64,000 bases of DNA, from NCBI RefSeq assembly GCF_009914755.1, contig NC_060926.1, one strand, 5' to 3'. Positions 60,547 through 64,000 of the stretch are shown here, one piece after another; position 1 is the stretch's first letter; every line of letters begins with the position of its first letter. The stretch comes from the human T2T-CHM13v2.0 reference genome, Homo sapiens. The translations under genes and the position numbers were made by a program. A model generated the notes under the pieces. That model searched no databases and was not told where the DNA came from. It saw nothing but the letters and a program-made list of their open reading frames with translations.

Positions 60547-61273
60547 TAGGGGTGACAGACAATATTTATAACCCTAGGCTCAAATATTACTCTGTGATAC
60601 ATTATGTCATAGTTTCTGGGCTTCATGCCATCAATTTTGCAAAATATATAGATTCTTTTGCTTTTCCAACAAAGGGGGTGAATTATTAGGAGGTAGGTGA
60701 GAGTGTTAAATCTTAAGGGATTAGATTACAAGACACTCCAGTTACCCTGGGATGGCCACTCCAGATAAAGGATTACTTCTGTGTAATGCAGTATGATTGG
60801 CTAGCCCTTCCCTCCCCTGCATGGTTGATTTTAATCATAATAGTACCTTTCTTTTTTTTCTGTCTAGCCAGCTGTTAATTTTCTCTGTCAGCCTCCCGCA
60901 GACTTTAAACTGACAGACAATGGAAAATCCCAAAGGTCAGATAAAAATATAAATATATTTTCCTTGGCTTCTTAGAGGGGGGCAATTAAACAGGTTCTAG
61001 CATTGTTAAAGGACCTTTGTGGTTATTAACTTAAAGAACAGGTTTTTTAAATCAAAGATGCATCCCCAGAAGAGTTAAAGCATGGTAGGAATGGCAGTGG
61101 AGCAATTTAAAGTCACTTGTGTCATGCCAAAGTACGCAGGGGCACATGTCCTTAAAAGGGTACAGGAACCATAGAGAAGTCAAGGTTAATAATCATTAAC
61201 AGAGTTAATATTTTGTTTTCTTTGAGTACAAATATAGTTATAGAATACTGTGAAGAGACTGATCCTAGCTGAA

Positions 61274-61403
61274 CCCATTTATGCCTAGTGTTCCATTATT
61301 GGAATGCTAAACATGTGGGAGTTATTTATACCCTACTGCTCAAGGTCATCACCAAGGTCTGATTGCAAAAATTCAAAACATTGCAACCTCAGGCTTAGGT
61401 GGG
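61274..61403 (+). mobile_element. MER85 (piggyBac PGBD3-related MITE)
   Basis: Left TIR cccatttatgcct, palindrome gttccattattggaat at 61290-61305, internal 'ctactgctcaaggtcatc.ccaaggtctgatt', right end aggcttaggtggg|TTAA. Left target site reads tgaa. Confidence 0.88.
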
Positions 61404-64000
61404 TTAAAAGAAAGTATATAATGGTGCCATTCTAATAATAGCAATGTACTGCTAATAATAATAAAACAGATGCTATCTGTTTCAGGATAAACAACGTTGA
61501 AAACTGTTAAAATCTGTTTTAGTACAACAACACTAAAGCATTAAAAACAGAAGAATTAAGTATGTTAAGTATATGTCCTTGAAGTAAGCCATCCCTAGCC
61601 CCTCTGGGAAAAAAGGTACAATAGAAATAAATGAATGACTGTATGAATAAACATGAAAAGAAAAAAATGTAAAAGATGGTGAACATTTTTCATTTGTGCC
61701 TGGTCTGTACTGTTAAATGAATAACCAGAATGTAATGGTGTTATGTGTGTATATTTTCACCATGTCCCACATTAATTCATACAGGAAATAAACCAATTTA
61801 TATAAGCTGCAACCTTAGAAATGAAAGGAAGAAGCAGGATCTTCTCTCTCCAACTCTGAATTCTGTGGTTCTATCTCTGCTGACAACCTGTTTTGCTGAG
61901 TTAACTCAGTTCACTTCATGTTTATAAACTCAAAAAGTAGTGTGACTAAATTCAGAAAGATCCAGTTGAAGGTAGTCAGGAAACAGATGCCAAATGCTGA
62001 TGTAACAGAACTTTCTCTTAAGTTTTTCTGGCAGACATTTCTAGATAAAGCTTAAATGAACTGATCAAGTCAATCAAAATTATGGTTCTTCTCCTTTCTT
62101 ACAATGTCACTAGTTCCCTGCAGGAATCCCTTTAGTTTTTCTCAAACCCTTACAGCAAAATTATGAGTAGCAAACTTTAGTGTGGAGTCAGGAGCATGAA
62201 TTTTAATTCTGGGACAACAGCCAAAGTATCTGAAAGAACACTTGACCCTGAGTTTATTGTAAAGAAATTTCCCTGGTGGAGGAGTCTTCCACTAATAATG
62301 ATGATGACTCCTTGTGGAGGGCTGGGGGATTATACCTAAGACCTTATTGTGAAGATTGTGCTTTTCAACTCTTATTTCTGGAGCCAAACCATACTATTTT
62401 TGTTTAAAATTATATTTGTCTTCCTGGTAGGAATTAACATATTACATAAATTGGGTTTTAGATATGTTTCTATTTAATGCTACATGAAAACTTTTTGGGC
62501 AGATGATCTATGTGATGGTCAAGATTGGACGTACACTATAGATCCCTGTTGGAGAGGTTAGGGAGAAGCCTTTGAGATCGGCGCAAAATTTCTTCCCTTT
62601 CTTCAAAATAGATTATGAATTGAGAGAGTACTGCTCTGAAGAGAGATTGAAGGATTATATGTGAAAATATGACTCGGGAGTCTTGAGGATTTCTAATGTC
62701 TTGATGACAGACAATAGGATACCATTGACTTTTAAGATGACAAAAGTTGTGAGCCTCTGCAAAGGAGACCGAGAAGTGTTGGAACAGAGCCTGTGGGGAG
62801 GTCCTTCAGCTGGTCCTAATGCAGTGCTTAGGGAAGAACTGATGAAAAACTGACGAGATTTACAAAAAAGAAAGAAAGGAAAGAGAGACTGGGAACGGAA
62901 GTAAATTCCTAGGGATATACCAGAGAAACAACTACCGGAGATGCCTGTGAGCCAGGCCAAGGGGGATTTTCTTAGAGTAGCGCCAGGCTAACAGAGAAAA
63001 CTAAGTTTTCTCTCTACTTTTCAATTAGCCTCAACTCTATCAAGAGAATACTACATCAAAAGAAGTGTCTTATGAGAAAAGAGAAGAAAATATCAGACAT
63101 CCTGCAGTGGGGCTTTGATGGAGAAATGCTCTTTCTTCCCCACTGTTGTTGATTGGTAGTGAAACAGTTTATACCCATCAACAATAAATTCAGAAACCCA
63201 GTTGGAGGACTTGGTCTTCTTGAGTAAAGCTATTCCACTTTATAATATAGAAAGCTGAAAACTGGTAGAAATAAAAAGAGACAGCAGCGTAGCAAGATTC
63301 TGCAGAAAAGGCAGAGATGCCAGGAAAGGCTCTGTAGCTGGATATGAAGCAAGAGAAAATGGACAAGGTAAAGAAGGTGAAAAAACCTTCCCTGGCTGTC
63401 TGTTGGGGAGACAATAAGAAAAATTTGATTGAAAAGTTTTAAGGCAGGAAGAGTAATCCCTCAGGTGGACATATAACTAATTGAATTTTGCCATGAGTGT
63501 AACTGATGTTTTGACCTGAAAGCAGAGGCTCCTAGATCAGAAAGGGAGAACTAATTAACCCAAGGTTAGGACTGATGGAGTCAAGTGGATGGAATAGCCC
63601 AGAAATATAAACTCCTTAATAAGGTGAGCATTGGTTACCCCGCTGTTAGTTCTCACTAAATCAAGGAAGGAGACCCAATCGGTCATTAATTTCAGTGATT
63701 CACACAGTGTTTGAACCTAAAAGTTTTTCTCAGGGTCATAGATAGTTTTTCACTTTAAATGGTTGTCTAGGCACTATGCTGAAGAGGGTAGTGCCAGAGA
63801 AGCAACGGGGCAAGATGCTGGTTTCAAGGGTATAGTCTTTGACAGTCATTTTCTATGGTGATTATCCCAGTGGTGAAATGCTGGAAGTCTTATTTTGGGA
63901 GGTTTCAGAGCTTGTACTGTAATACATGAAGAAAGAGAGAGAGAGAGAGTCTTTGTGTGATGTGTGTTTTAATTACAGGAAATACATTTATTTTTTCTAA

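Overview
Primate (most likely human) genomic DNA, AT-rich and dense in interspersed repeats. It is an internal segment of the class III myosin gene MYO3B on the + strand. Nine GT-AG coding exons can be read directly and splice into one continuous open frame: the C-terminal end of the N-terminal STE20-like kinase domain, the kinase-motor linker, and the first part of the myosin motor (P-loop GESGSGKT, switch [10 protein letters not shown]). The numbering as exons 8-16 is from recall of the gene model and is not verifiable here. The rest is intron (33.8 kb and 12.6 kb for the first two), filled with about 20 Alus, old L1/L2/MIR fragments, solo LTRs, DNA-transposon MITEs (including a piggyBac MER85) and microsatellites. 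Almost all ORFs in the supplied track are spurious or Alu-derived. I found no convincing new multi-gene system. The best leads are all speculative: a perfect-looking U12 AT-AC intron signature nested in the long intron, a possible kinase-only isoform ending in a CaaL-like motif via intronic polyadenylation, a sense LTR promoter with a splice donor that could give a kinase-less motor, an Alu with a G-rich tail, a nested trimeric Alu, inverted-Alu pairs around in-frame exon blocks, and a 3x40-bp VNTR. Repeat family names come from recalled consensus sequences, not a database search.
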